Positions 36,943 to 50,485 of a stretch of DNA of 64,000 bases are shown here, piece after piece. Under the pieces are notes generated by a model. That model had not been told where the DNA came from. It did no database searches and saw only the letters and a list, made by a program, of their open reading frames with translations. Numbering within the stretch: the first letter of the stretch is position 1; every line of letters begins with the position of its first letter. Origin of the DNA: Perna viridis (taxonomy: Eukaryota); NCBI GenBank assembly GCA_037379345.1, contig CM074519.1, positions 18,254,103 to 18,318,102 on the forward strand, in the 5' to 3' direction. The translations under genes and the position numbers were made by a program.

Positions 36943-38803
36943 AACTAGCACAGTAAAAGGTGCATTAATGTTTTTAAAGCCATGATTGTATACTTGTATA
37001 TTCTCTGAAAACCATATCTTGTCTGTTGAAGGGAGATAATTTAATGAAACTCAAGAACTGAATAGATGGTACAGATATTTTGAAAAGACATGACCTTGCA
37101 TATATATATATATTATAATCTCACGGAGATTTAGTTATGAATAGATAATATTAGAAGAAATATATGACCTTGCATATCATAATTGTACAATGATGAATTT
37201 AATGACTGAGATATGTTTTAAAAATGTGATAGACATGATTATGATTATATTTACTCCATGTTTTGCATGGTTTCTTTGTTCATGATCATGGTCGTTGACT
37301 GTTTAGATAATCAACAGTACAAAGACCCAAACAATTTTGATTTTTAGCTCAGATCATGTTCATTTACCATAGAGGAAAGTACACAACAGACAGGCCCTTC
37401 CATTGTAGCTGTGAGCTATGTCTTTTTCTTCTTTTTTTTGTTAGTGGGAGGAGGGCCGTGATGGGCTGTGGCTGGATGGAGTGGGTATACACAACTCCCC
37501 TCATTTCATACCAAGAAACAGTCAATCAAATATTGTGATTTGGAAATAGCATGTGAATCCTTTCAAATTCTGCTTTAAATTTACACCCCAAAAGTAAAAG
37601 TAATACTTAATTTAGAATATCTTTGAAAATCTTCTTATTTCCTTTAATTGGCCTACTTTTAGTGTTTGCTACTCATAAACATTTCCAAAGTGGTGGGTGG
37701 GAAGCCTGGGCCTTTGAACAGTGTTCATAGATAAAAAGTAGTCTGGAAGGAGTATAATTCAATTTATAATCCTGTTAATTTGTTATTTAGTACTGTATTG
37801 TTAACACATGTACAGGTATATTTACTATTTTTCTACATTTTCTGGAGATAATAGAATCCCCCCACCCAACATTTGATCAAATGCCACTTAGAATTTATAA
37901 GCATCAAAGGGAGATAATACGATAAAATAATGCGATAAATATCATGGATGAAATTTGAAGCATAAAATGCAATTACATATGTCATGACCATGCATAATCA
38001 AATCCATGTAATATTTCACACAAATTATTCTAATGAACCAAAATTATGCTCTAAGCTGAATGTAAAGTCCTTATTCTTCATCCAGAATTAATTATTTTAT
38101 AGTCTCTTATTTATAGGAGGTCAGGAAAATAATCTTCTTAAATATAGCTGTATTTGGAATTTTAAAACTTTAATTATATACTTGGTGAATGTGTGAAATA
38201 GAAATATTTTATTTATGGCTGTTCCCTGGTCATATTTTTAGGACATTCATACACCAAGGTTGTTTTTAGTATAAATTCTCATGTTTCAATTCAAAGTCAT
38301 TATGAATGACAGTGTGGAGACTCACCACTAAGAGTCAGCTGATTAGAAAATGTGAAAAACTTTTGGCAATGAAAAATTAATGGCATCGCTGAACCAAGAC
38401 AAAATTAATTGATGGATCTAATATTGACAATTTCTATAAACTGTTTTGACGTTTGCCAAGCTAGACATCTGGTCGTCAAATAAAAGACCAAGAGACGAAC
38501 CAATAATCAATACAGACTCCTGATGCTAGGTCATAGGGATGTTTATTCCTATAAACTTATTATATTGAACACAAGGCATCTAATATTTACGGCATTATTG
38601 TTTCATACTGATGATTTCTCTACATGGAAATTAACATCTTAATTCAATAGATTGTACCTCTATGGAATGTTTAAATGGTGTTGCGCTGAGGCTGCAGATT
38701 TAGATGTATTAGTTCTTTGTTTTTCTTTGTGTCTGAACCTCTAAGGATGTAGTCTCTATGGTTGGACATACCTTCTTCTTAATATAAAGCAAGGACACTG
38801 AAG

Positions 38804-38830
38804 ATGTTTAATTCTCGTTCTTCTGAGTGT
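38804..38830 (+). CDS. Candidate alternative first coding exon of septin gene 2 (MFNSRSSEC)
   Basis: aagATG start, TGT|GTAAGT donor, phase 0. Confidence 0.45.
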
Positions 38831-39009
38831 GTAAGTATATAGCTGCATATGTGTGTCTTCCAAAGTTGTCCTAAATAAAGGAGGAGGGGGGTCCTAAGAT
38901 ACAAATTGGTCTTTTATTGAAATGCTTTATAATTTATTGTTTTCTTCTACTATGTTATGTTTTCTCCATATATTTTGATGTTTGTTATGTCTATTTTATT
39001 TGCTGTTAG

Positions 39010-39042
39010 CTAAACAAACCTTGTTGGGAAGGATGGAATAAG
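39010..39042 (+). CDS. Candidate 33-nt microexon of septin gene 2 (LNKPCWEGWNK)
   Basis: About 110-nt AG-free T-rich tract, tttgctgttag acceptor, consensus AAG|GTGAGT donor, phase 0-0, open frame. Confidence 0.6.
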
Positions 39043-40748
39043 GTGAGTCGAAATACTATCTCCAGGGATGTCATTTGTAGGTGGCTGATGAATCTTCCCT
39101 TTCTCATGCCTGTCGTACAGATATTTTATTTTTAAGTAATTTATAAAAATAAGATTTTGACACAATTTTTCCTGTTGTTTTTGCAGTTTTCTCTAGATCT
39201 ACTTTAAAGGCTTTAAAAACCATACCTGATCTTAAGAATAGTATAGTTGCTGATTGAGACATCTGATTTTTACATTGTCAGCCAATCCAATTACATAATA
39301 CAGGATTCATGTATCAAAAATAAGTCTCCCAACATCTTGCAAAAGATCAAATTTATTGCATGTAAGTTGTTCAAAACGTACAAGTAATGATCATGCAAGA
39401 ATAAAGCCAATGGAACAACATCTAAGGGGAGATTACTCTGTCTGACTTAGTTTTTAAATTCTCTATAAATCATTTGCCAGATTTTATACATCTCTTAATA
39501 TCTATGGACCAGTTCATTATGGATTTAAATATCTTTCTCTAGATTTGAATTAGCCTTATATCATCACAAATCCTGAAGCTATAGTTTACAAAGGTTAACA
39601 GTTTGAATATTTTTTCTCGTTTTTCTTTCTATTTGTTCCATAGTGTGGAACAGATTCATGTGGTGTATCATCAGATAGCTGATAGGGTGTTTATGACACC
39701 ATGATATACATTTTAATAGGTTTCATTTTACCTAATAACAATTGTTGATGTAAAATTAGTTGCTCATTTTTAAAACACTTAAGATATAATGACATGTTTG
39801 GGTAGACAGACCAGTGTATTAGACCTGTACTTAGTTGGCCACTTTTGACAGCTTGATGTGGCTGTTTTTTTCCATCATTATTCTGTTGTCATTAAATTTG
39901 CTGTAAAAATATTTTTGTACACCTATAGTAAAGTAGTCCTTGGCAAGAAAACTTACGTTCAGCAGGGTTTCAGTGCATGCAAACATAACAGTGATTATTT
40001 TCTACAGTATTTAATTTTCATCCTTAGGCACCAAATTTTTTCTTTACTGGGGGCAGGGGCTGGGTGTCCTGGGATAATTTTGAAGAAAATAAAATCATTC
40101 CAAATTTGACCAATTTTTTTTACTCAGCAGTGGACAGAAAAACAAAACTATGATTCAAAATTTACCCATTACCTGACAGTGTAGATTTTCAAGTACATTT
40201 TTTTTACTCTGGCTGCTGGTGAAAAATGATAATTTTTTTGGCAATTGTGTGAAAAGATTTTTCTACCTGAACATAAAATCACAGTCCCCCTTACTAGAAG
40301 AAAATGGTCTGGATTATTTGGGGGTCTGTTTTACAAAAAGAAAAAAATACAAAATATTTTAGGTCATCATTCTTTCATCCTCCTCCCCACAATTCATTTT
40401 TTTCCAAAGAATTATATAACAATGCTATAAAGTTCCAACACAAAACATTTTGTTCGAAAAGAAAATTTAAGTTCAAACTGTAACATGTACTTTCATTTTT
40501 GGCATAGTTTCTTTTGAAGCAAAAATTCGGTAGTTAAATAAAATACCACTTATCAGAAAATTATATGTCTTACTAAATATACTTGCTTCCTTTAGTTATG
40601 AAGATAAATGGCCATCTATAGAAGTAGTCTTCAACAAGTCTGACCTATTATTTATCAGTTCATTGTACTGACATAAATGTTTTACCATGCAATTATTTTT
40701 CCAATTTGGGTGGAAGTTGAATAAATGCTTGAGATTTTGATGGAAATT

Positions 40749-40838
40749 TAATGGCAGGGGAATGAAATGGCTGTTTTTGTTATTTTAGATGGGCATATAA
40801 TGGAAGGGGAATGAAATGGCTGTTTTGTTATTTTGATA
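40749..40838. repeat. About 42-bp direct duplication
   Basis: taatgg(c/a)aggggaatgaaatggctgtttt(t)gttatttt x2. Confidence 0.85.
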
Positions 40839-42957
40839 TATTGTACCTGATGGTGATGACTCTATTATGAAATTGTATTCTGTTTTTTGTTGTCCAATTG
40901 GCTGTCAGAAGACTTTACAAATACCCTAAAGTTGTATATAATGGGTACATGTGATTAATTTCAGCTGTTAGAACATTTAAATTACCACATATCAAACTTT
41001 TCAAACTTTTCAGACTTATCTATTTGACATGTTACTCCATTACAGGACCGTCATTAACCACTTGACCATGGCATTAAATCGTTGAAACTTAATGTGAAGT
41101 GGAAAATGGGTTTCTGTTAGTAGTACTTTATAGGTATTAGCACTGTTAGATATTCCATGCTTTGAAATAACAGTCTAGTTAAGTATCATAATTAGTCACT
41201 TGACCAAGAAATTGAACCCTACCAAATATCTTTTTCTTTTTAGATAATAACTTAAAAAGAATTAATGTTGTTGATGTTAGAAATTAGTCCCTCTCAGAAT
41301 TCCCAAGTTTTGCATACTCAGGTACCTCCCATGGTAGGACTATTTGTAGCCCTTAATAAATGAGTATACAGACCTCTAAAATATAAATTTGGACCCTTAG
41401 ATATTCTCAACTTATGCATAAGAATATCTCCCTCAATTATAAAGTACTATCTTGATAAGTATCTTTTTTTTTACCAGCGGGCCAAAATGAGCAATTTGTA
41501 TGATTTTCTTGTATTCTTAAGTGGCTATAATTACTGCCATTTTTGAACTTATTTCAGTGGACCAGGTCGCCATGAGGCTTGTGCTAAATACAGGCACTGG
41601 TATTCATCATCAAATACAGATAATTTTATAGCTTAGTTATTTAGACAAGTTTTTTTGTTTGCAGATAAAAAACATAGTCTTCACAAATATTCAAATAACA
41701 TAAATCAAGATGTTTGTTTGTTTTTTTTTGTGTTTTTTTTTAAATTTTAACTTGCTTTTTATTTATTACAAGGATACTGAATACTGGTATGATGATTATA
41801 TTCCATTGAAAAACATGAGATAAAAAATGTTACAAAATACATAAATTTCAATAAATAACAAAAATTGATGTGTATGGATCTATGAATCTACTATAAAATG
41901 TAACAAATTAAACTTATGTGAATTTTTTCTTATCTTTACTATTGAAGAAGTTACAATATAAATAATCTCCCCATATGGCATAGGTGGAACTGGAAAGGGT
42001 TGATGGTGGTGGGGGTGTGTGTGCATTTACTGGGGTTCTTTAAGCTTGAAAAGTTTGCTTGATTGTATACAGATAACATTTGATATCACTTTAGGGCCCC
42101 TCTACCCTTAGGCCAGCCAACAGAGCCCATTTTTCAGAATTTTTGGATATGTCACTTTTAGTATATATTATACTACCATTTTGTGATTGATTTAAAGGTT
42201 TTGTCACCATACTGATTTAGAAATGCATTCTGATCGCATTAATTCCTGATTAACTAATTTGAAATGTATGAAAAAATTACATTTATTATCTATTGGAAAT
42301 ATGAAAATTTATGGTTTTAGTATTACTGTGTACGGAAACCACAATATGATATGACCGAGAAATGTCACTCAAAATCGTAGTCATTGTCAATAACTGAATG
42401 TTGTGAGTGAAACCATATTAGCAAATGATACATTCATAAAGATTTTATTTTGACAATTACTATTATTGATATGCACAACAAATAATAAAAAACTACAATC
42501 ATTCAGCTCCTGTGTAAATAATCAAGGACAATTTCTAGCTTGCAGGAACTAGAAGTACTTCAGGAACACCTATTAATGAATTAATTAATTGGTAACATTG
42601 AAGTTTCTTCTGGTTCTTTTGTGAATCTGGTGGGTATTTGTTCTAAGTCTGGTGCATAGTTCAGTTACAATTATTATGAGCAGGTATAGATGGGTCTAAG
42701 ATGTAACATTTCTAAAAGTTCTATAAATTTTTAGTTTGAAAACCATTTTGAAAGTTGCATCATTAGAATCAAGAAAAAAAGACAAGATTTTCTGTATCAT
42801 TTGGTAAATTGAGTTATAATTTCATTGAAATGCCCTGAAAATTAACATTTCAAGGGCAAACAACTCTGTCAAACACATAATATTTCTAGCATTCTGTTGA
42901 TGATTTTCTTAGCAAATCGAGTGATGCATAGATGAATTAATGGTCTTTTCAAAAAAT

Positions 42958-43163
42958 GTAAAAGTACTTTAATTTGTGGATACCAATTTTCGTGGATTAG
43001 GGAAGAAACCCAAGTTCGTGGATTCTTGAATTTGTGGTTTTGAGGTTTTCAGTATACACATGAATGGAAATCTTCTTTTCATTGGGAAGCAAATTTCATT
43101 GTTTGGCCTACCCATGAAAACCACAAAAATTGGTACCCAACAAACAACAATACTTTTACAGTA
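42958..43163. mobile_element. TA-flanked MITE, family B (others 25564-25744, 36370-36571, 56209-56409, fragment 9709-9820)
   Basis: tgtaaaagtactttaatttgtggataccaatttt ... aattggtaccc...tacttttacagta. Interiors are homologous. Confidence 0.85.
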
Positions 43164-43923
43164 GAGAAAGCATCCTTGAGTGAAATTGTATAATCAGAGT
43201 GGTGAATGTTTGACATGCATGTTTCTGGTTTTTCCCATTTTGCCTGATTCTTACAAAAAATGAATAATTAAGCTTTACTTATGAGCAGGTATTGGTGAGT
43301 CCTGCTATCTTTAAAAGATCTATGAATGTTTAAGGGTTACCATTTTGTCTTTAAAATGTAATGAATGTCTATAAAAATAATTTTAAAAAATAGCTCCATC
43401 ATTTGTCTCAATTTTTTTTTGATAAATAAAAGTCAAAGGTTTGCACAATAAAGTATACACAATCCATGGGAAAATCCAGAAATTTTTAAAAGGAGTTTAG
43501 TCTATGATTTTCTCATTTTTGCCAAAATTTCCCAGAATTGTTAAAATTTTCCAATGATTTGGGTCAGGTTCCAACTTTCAGACTACCAAGCCCCTGGATT
43601 GACCACTGCATTTAAAGAAATTTTAATGATAAAACAGAATTATTTAATACAGTCAAGTTTATTCCATTAATTTAGTATGTCATTGACAACTAGGCACAAA
43701 CTAAAGCATATGATATTAACTGTTCATCTGAAAACAGATGCAGGTATGATAGCCTAACTAAGCAAATTTATATTTAAAATTTTTAGTATCTTCCTGGTTT
43801 GGGCCATTCTCAATTTCTGAGAATCTCTTACCTACCATTACACTACCAGACTATATAGATTACCGACAGGATTTATTAAAAGGAAGGAAAAATTAAACTT
43901 TTTATCTTAACATGATATAAAAA

Positions 43924-44290
43924 TACAGTAAAACCTTATCTAAACCAAAAGCCCAAAAATTGGTTCCATTTAGACAGGTTCAGATGTAACCAAAGTTCAA
44001 AATACATTTAAATTGATTCAAAGGAACTTCCAAAAGTGTCTTGCTTAAGGAGGTAGATCTAGGGTAAGGGACGTTTTGTATCATATTCAATTTCACCAAG
44101 CCTATTAAGCTTTCATTTGAAATAGAATGAAATCAGTCCAAGTTACATTGATGCTTACATGAGATTGATGTAAAATGCAGAATACAAATGTTCCAATGAT
44201 TTTTTAAGAGTTGTGTCCCTTACCTTAGTTCTACCTCCTTAAATAGGTTTTCAGTTTATTCAGGTTTTGCTTTAAACATATTTCCCTGTA
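43924..44290. mobile_element. Family D MITE with nested family C element (44049-44238)
   Basis: tacagtaaaacc ... tttccctgta host. Inner element bounded by TTAA at 44045-44048 and 44239-44242. Confidence 0.7.
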
Positions 44291-44599
44291 CAATACAGAT
44301 TTATATAATAAATGCTAAAATGCAATAATTTTAATGACAGTGAAGGATTTTTTTCGTCCTTCAAAAATAGGTCAATTTAGTCTTTATATTATCCCATCTC
44401 TAAATTTGATTAGCAATGGTATAATATGAAAAGGAAGATACAATGTACTATAATGTATCCTATCAAGATGAAAAATACAATCAAGTTGAACATGATTAAA
44501 GTAGTTGTACATGATCTTTATCAATATTAGTTATACAATTAACAATGGTGAAACATATGTTACATGTACTGTATATAGATCAATACTCAAGAAACACCT

Positions 44600-45000
44600 G
44601 TGTAGGGATCTTGATGTACTGGCCCTTAAAATGATCAGGCAGAATATTTTTTATTTCATTTAGTTTGATTATGTTAAATGTATATTGGTGATCAATATTT
44701 ATGAACTTATAAGGTGGGGTGACTCTGATGTACTGGTCCTTGTTATGATCAGGCAGAAAAAAATAATTTTATTTGGTCAAGTTTGATTACGCTACATGTA
44801 TACATATTAACTACCAAGAACCATGTATGGAAGGGTGTCTCTAATGTACTGATCCTTGTTATGATCAGGCTGAAAAACTTATTTTACTCAGTCAAGTTTG
44901 AATTTTTTACATGTGTACATATATCAACTACAAAGAATCACATAAGGACGGGTGTCTCTCTGATGTAATGGTTTAGTAATGATCAGGCAGAAAACTTGTT
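44600..45000. repeat. Degenerate tandem repeat, 4 units of about 116 bp
   Basis: atgtactgg..ctt...atgatcaggcagaa recurs at about 44613, 44727, 44844 and 44962. Confidence 0.8.
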
Positions 45001-45558
45001 TTATCTTTCAAAATTTTGTTAGGGCTGATATAAGGGCTTGTCATTTGTTGTGAATTTAAGTTAGATTGTCACAGGTTATTATATAAGTTTATGCTGAGCA
45101 TAACTGATAATGACTAAATCTAATTGATGTTTTCCCCACTTTTTTGTTGACAATGGAGAACTTTGTATGTTTGAAATTTCCCATTTTTTCCTGCCAAAGG
45201 CAGATGCAGATGCAGATGCAGAAGTTAGAAAAATAATGAACAACAGGTTATTCTCGAGGTAGTAGAATTACTTGTGAGTAACTAAAATGGATACAGTTCC
45301 AATTTAAAAGTCCAGAAAAACAATTAGACTACTTCTACACCAATGCTTTGCAAGAAAAAAATAATTTGTTTTATAATTAGGTCAATATATTATAAATCAT
45401 AATAAAATGAATGTAAAAAGAAGGGATTAAATAAAAAGATAAGCCTATTGATAAAAACAACTAAAAAATGAATAAAAGTGGTCATTGAAGGGTCACAATA
45501 TCTACTGTACAACAGCTGTTTTCAATTTATGATGTACAGGGAGATATACCTAAACTGA

Positions 45559-45890
45559 CACCTGTATATTAACTGTATAAATTTTGTGCACCAATAAGGT
45601 TTTATGTCCCAAACCCCATAACCTTAAATATACATACATATACATACAAGTGCCTGACTCTTACATTGACTGGTACAACAGGAGGTTCAACTTTACTATC
45701 TAATGCCTAATATTTATATTGACTGGTAAAACACCTGAGGAGATGTATTTCTTTAATGACTGATTAATGAGGTAATACACCTTTAGGACAGGTAATTACA
45801 GGCTGTTGTGGTCATCATTTGTTACCTGTTACACCTGAATGATCACCTGTTTTGTACCTGTCCAATATATGTCATTGAAGTCTTGTCAGT
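45559..45890 (+). promoter_or_regulatory. Cluster of CACCTG/TACCTG boxes plus Inr-like TCAGT; candidate promoter of the giant-exon isoform
   Basis: CACCTG at 45559, 45732, 45832 and 45844. CAGGTA at 45789. TACCTG at 45823 and 45855. TCAGT at 45886. Confidence 0.35.
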
Positions 45891-46843
45891 GATCATATGG
45901 TCAAGCTGTTAGAGTCTTTCATTAAAAAATATTTTTCGAGGATGTAGATTTCATTCTTGTTGATTGAAAGGTTGGTTTTTTTTTTTCGAGGACTGCATTG
46001 GGAGTTATAACCCTCTTTCTGAGGTCAAATTATGGATGGTCCTGAGGAGGCATGAGAGGTCAGTTACAGTTTCTAAGAATGATTTTCTCTATTGAAACAC
46101 TTTGTGAGTCTTTGAAAGTGCTCTTCAAAGAATTTAAGAAAAACAGATTGAAATAAACAATTGTTGTAGTTGCATCAAGATATAAATTGTTTATGACACT
46201 CTTGATGTAGACTTGAATAAAGATGAAAAGGATTTTTATGCAAATGCCAGAAGGAGTAATATAACTATTTAATAGGAAACATATACCAAAGTGTTTTTTG
46301 AAGAAAAACTCAATTTGACGGAGATGAGATCACTGTATATTAATTCAATTTTTTTATGACATTGGGGTTTGAAATTTGACACCCTTGGCGTGAGTATAAT
46401 AGAATATTGAGATATATAATACTTCATTTATTACACATCTTGTTGTACATACTTATTTTCACCCAAAAAAAATGTATTTTGACGACATTGTGTGAATATG
46501 GCTTAAATTGGAATAAACATAGTTTGCCAGTTGAATACATATGGAGGAGAAGACCAGGTGACCAGGAAACATGGAGTTTTAAGAAAGCTTGTCCTGATTT
46601 TGTTTATAAGTACTTGTAATATTTTTGCACGAAAATCAGTGACTTCAGACTAATCTGACTTGAGGATATTGTTTGATATATGGGTATTTTATTGAAGTGT
46701 CAAAAAAAGCGATTTCTTTCTCAGATAAAGTCATCAGAATATTGACATATACAGTCGTAAGGTAAAAATGTTGCACTTTTATCCAAAGCAAAAATTCAAA
46801 ACAACATTTGAATGTAAACCACTGAGGAAGTTTATTAAAATGC

Positions 46844-48730
46844 ATGACTTTTGACTTGACTAATTACCATAAAACTGTTACAAGTTTGACAGCGGTAATT
46901 AATCACAAGATGGAAGAGCAAAGAAAAACGGGATTTAAAACACCATTAAAATTCCTTTCCATAACACGATCAGCAAGTTCGGATTCAAAATTGGCCTTAC
47001 CAAAAATATTGGATAGGCCTTTGAACAAGAGGCTTTTAACGCCACGTGCAATGTCTATGTCAAAGGCAGATCATTCGCCAAATGGAATAGAAACCAAAGA
47101 TGACATTGATCAAGTTAAATATAGAAATGCAACGCTGACAACTCCGCAACGTCCCATGTCCATGTTTGTTTCAGCAGGAGCAGACCCCAAGACGAGATGG
47201 AGAGATAATGCGACAGACAGCAGGTACCCGCTACTTCTATCTGTTTCTTCAGAAGGACAACTAAGTCCCAGTAGAGATGTGAATTCAAACATTAAAGAAG
47301 GTACTAATACTGAAAGTCAGAATCTACCTCAAGAGGTCAAAGTGCATAATCTTGAAAACAACCTCGATAGCAATGCAAATCCTGGAAATGAAATGGAGGA
47401 GCTTAAATATCTACCAAACCCAACTATTTCTGGATGTACCAAAGACCTCTTGTCTCTTGAGAAAAGCAGAGAAACTGATGTTTCTGTTCAAAACAGTGCT
47501 TCACATTTGTCTTGGAATAGTACAAGTGCCCAAGGAGTTCCACATGGATTAAGGGACACTCTTTATCAAACTGAGGTAAAGGATAATTCAGGTTCAAGTG
47601 ACCACAGCAACACTATTGTTTCAATGCCAACCAAGCCTATATACTATAATGTTCTCCCTGTGTGTTCTAAAGAGGAAGCTGTTTCACTTCACCCTAAAAG
47701 GGAGATAACTGAAAATGTGATAAAAAGTGAAAGAACTGCAGTAAGTGAAGAAAGTACAAATTCAAATGAGGGATTTGATAAAATAAATGCCCCTGTTGTG
47801 GATATAAAAGATAAAAAGGGTGAAAATAAAATTAATTCTATACAAAACATGAAAGAAGATGATTTGGTAACAAAACCTAAAGTTAAAGAGGAGCATCCTC
47901 CTCCTAAATCCTCTTTGACGGCTTTAAAGAGAATGTCAGGTGACTTTGATTCTGGGTTTGTATTTTCTCCAAGGACAAGGGCTCTTCTGTCTGAAAATGA
48001 GAGATCTAATGCTAGTGGTATAGAGGAAAAACCCAAGTCAAGTTTCTCTTTAATGTCAAGATCAGAAAAGTTACGGAACAAACTGAGAAGTTTGTTGTCG
48101 GATGATAATGGATATTTGCCAAAAAAGGATACATCTCAAAAGAATAACTGTAAGCAGGAGACTTCTACAGAGAATTTTGAAATGGCGAAAAATGCAGTGC
48201 TAAAATATGAGTGCAATTCTGACCTCCCCAATAAGGTCAAGGATGAAAGTAGTACCTTGACCTCTAGAGAAAAGTGTCAAATTAATGTATACCAAAACCA
48301 TCCATCATTGTCTGAAGACAAAGTGGCTAAAATGAGCTGGAAATCACAGCCAGATCTATTGACTGATATTAGAAAGGACAAATTGTCCTTTACATCAAGT
48401 GAAGTTGTTCAGAAACCCAAGTCTAATTCTTTCAGTGAAAATAAGGAAATAGGAACTTTGACCTCTTATTCAAAAGCTGAAGAACAGAAGAAAGATAATA
48501 TTGATGGCCTTCAAAAAGATATGACCTTGACCTTAAATACCAGTGTAGAAAAACCCAAACCAGATGCCTTTGGTGATGTTAAAAGGGATATGACCTTAAA
48601 CTTTGATGGCAATGCCAGGCAAAAGAGAACTAATGATCCTTTATCCCCAATAGATTCATTATTGACATCACCAACACGGCCTGCCAGACGTCGCCATAGC
48701 AGAAGAAGATACTTCAACCCCAAGACACTG
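46844..48730 (+). CDS. Giant alternative first coding exon of septin gene 2 (about 629-aa Ser/Lys-rich disordered N-terminal extension)
   Basis: Only long ORF in the window (640 codons). It ends 11 codons after a CTG|gtaata donor at 48730 (1887 nt, phase 0), in frame with the acceptor at 58691. The start could be Met 46844 or 46910. Confidence 0.75.
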
Positions 48731-50155
48731 GTAATATTTATCTCACAAAATTTTTTTAGCATATGATTATCTCATGCTAGGGATCTGGCTTACATATATA
48801 TATACCCATGAACATTATTGCCAAGCTTTGGCTGTTTTAAGATGGAGTTTTCATTCGAATATTTTCTCATTTACCTGAAGAGTCTAATGCCACTTAAGTG
48901 ATCTATGTTTCTGACCCTATTATTGAGATATAATGGGAACACACTGTGATATTTTTTTTAAACTGGATTTCCAATCAGATGTTTTCTCATTAGGCTAGAG
49001 AGTCTAATCCCACTTGAGTATAGTATATAAATAACTTCAAATAACCTCAATCAGGTGTGCACCATGGCCATTGAAGTTATTTCATATAGCATGAAAAAAT
49101 ATAATTTTAATATCAAAGTTTAAGGAGAAAATCAGCAAAAAAGGGTTAATGACTTCACAGTCACATTACACATTTTGGTCTATGAGATGATGGACAAAAT
49201 TGTTTATCAATGCATTCAGGAAGTGTGTTTCATCTGAAATTAAATTATTAGAAATTAACCCATAGAAATTTTCTTTTTCTGAAAGGCTTGTAACAGATGG
49301 TCAATTCACAAAATTAGTTTATTTGATCTCTGTAAAAAGAAAATGTATTGGTATAGAAATCTTCAGTGTGTTTCTTATTCTTAAGCTAAAAAATGAAAAT
49401 GGAAAATAAAAGATCTAGACAATTTTGATAAATGAACAATACGTTTTGATACTCAAGTCATGAACTTGGTTTTGACAAGTGCCCTGATGAATTGCTAATA
49501 ACATTGACTTGAATAAGGTTAAATAATGAATCTTAAATTATTGTAATTTGATGTTTGGTCACACACTTTATCATACTGTAGTCAGCATCTGTTATTTAAT
49601 TGATTTGAAAACCACAAAATTCAAAATATGAACATTGACAAAAATGGAGTTATTATTATTCTAATTTTGATTTTGCAAGAGTTATTGTTCTTGATTCGGT
49701 TTAATTTGGTTGATTTTAGTGGGTGATAAATGTATGTTTTTTCCAAAAGTGCAGATCTGAATATGGAAATAATTATCGTAATGGGAAAATATAGCTTATG
49801 TAGACTGAAAAACATTGTTGTTTTGTGGGGTTTTTCTACACCATGAATCACTTTACCATTGGCAGAGTCTGAAATTTATGTGGACTGGTACTTAAAAACT
49901 TCTACAGGGTGAACCTATGAACCTTTTCATCATCCCTTATAGAAGTAATCTCCCTTTATTGATGTTTTTTTTAACATTGCCATCTTTAAAGATGTCTTGT
50001 TTACCTTGTAATTTAATGTGTTGGGCCAGTATCATTGACAAAATCCTCGACAGGAAAATAAAAAATGAAAAGAAAAAAGGGAAGTGCTGGGAAACCTTTC
50101 TAAACCAAACCCAGAATAATTCAAAAACCTGTCTATACCAAACACCTTTTTTATT

Positions 50156-50485
50156 GGGTATGTAAGTCTCGTTCTAGTTTCATTTTCTTTACCGGAATTT
50201 CCAATGTAGAACGTATTGAAAACAGGAGACCGATCTGTATTTTATTGTTTACTTCCGGGCACTCGAAACGCTGTATAACAATGCAAAATTTTCTAGTTTA
50301 TGTATTTTCTTACTTCATTTATCATGTAGAAATAGTTATTTGTCATTTTTATTGATATTTTTATACAGAAAGTTTTTTGCCCTTAACACTGAACTCTTTA
50401 AATGAAAAATCACTATGCTTTTGAATGGTAGACTAGGACCCATTCTTGTGAAATCATGGGGTCACAAAACGAGACTTACGCACCC
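50156..50485 (+). mobile_element. 330-bp MITE, family E, nested in a family D element (about 50086-50600)
   Basis: TATT|gggtatgtaagtctcgtt ... aacgagacttacgcaccc|TATT. GGG termini with a 4-bp TSD are Sola2-like (inference). Confidence 0.82.

Noticed and set aside
48510-48605. KNL1-like MELT motifs (DMTLT, DMTLN) in the giant exon
   Set aside because: They lack the acidic second residue and occur only twice, so they are better explained as a local duplication.
47110-48762. Antisense and alternative-frame ORFs inside the 640-aa ORF
   Set aside because: These are expected shadow ORFs of a long coding exon.
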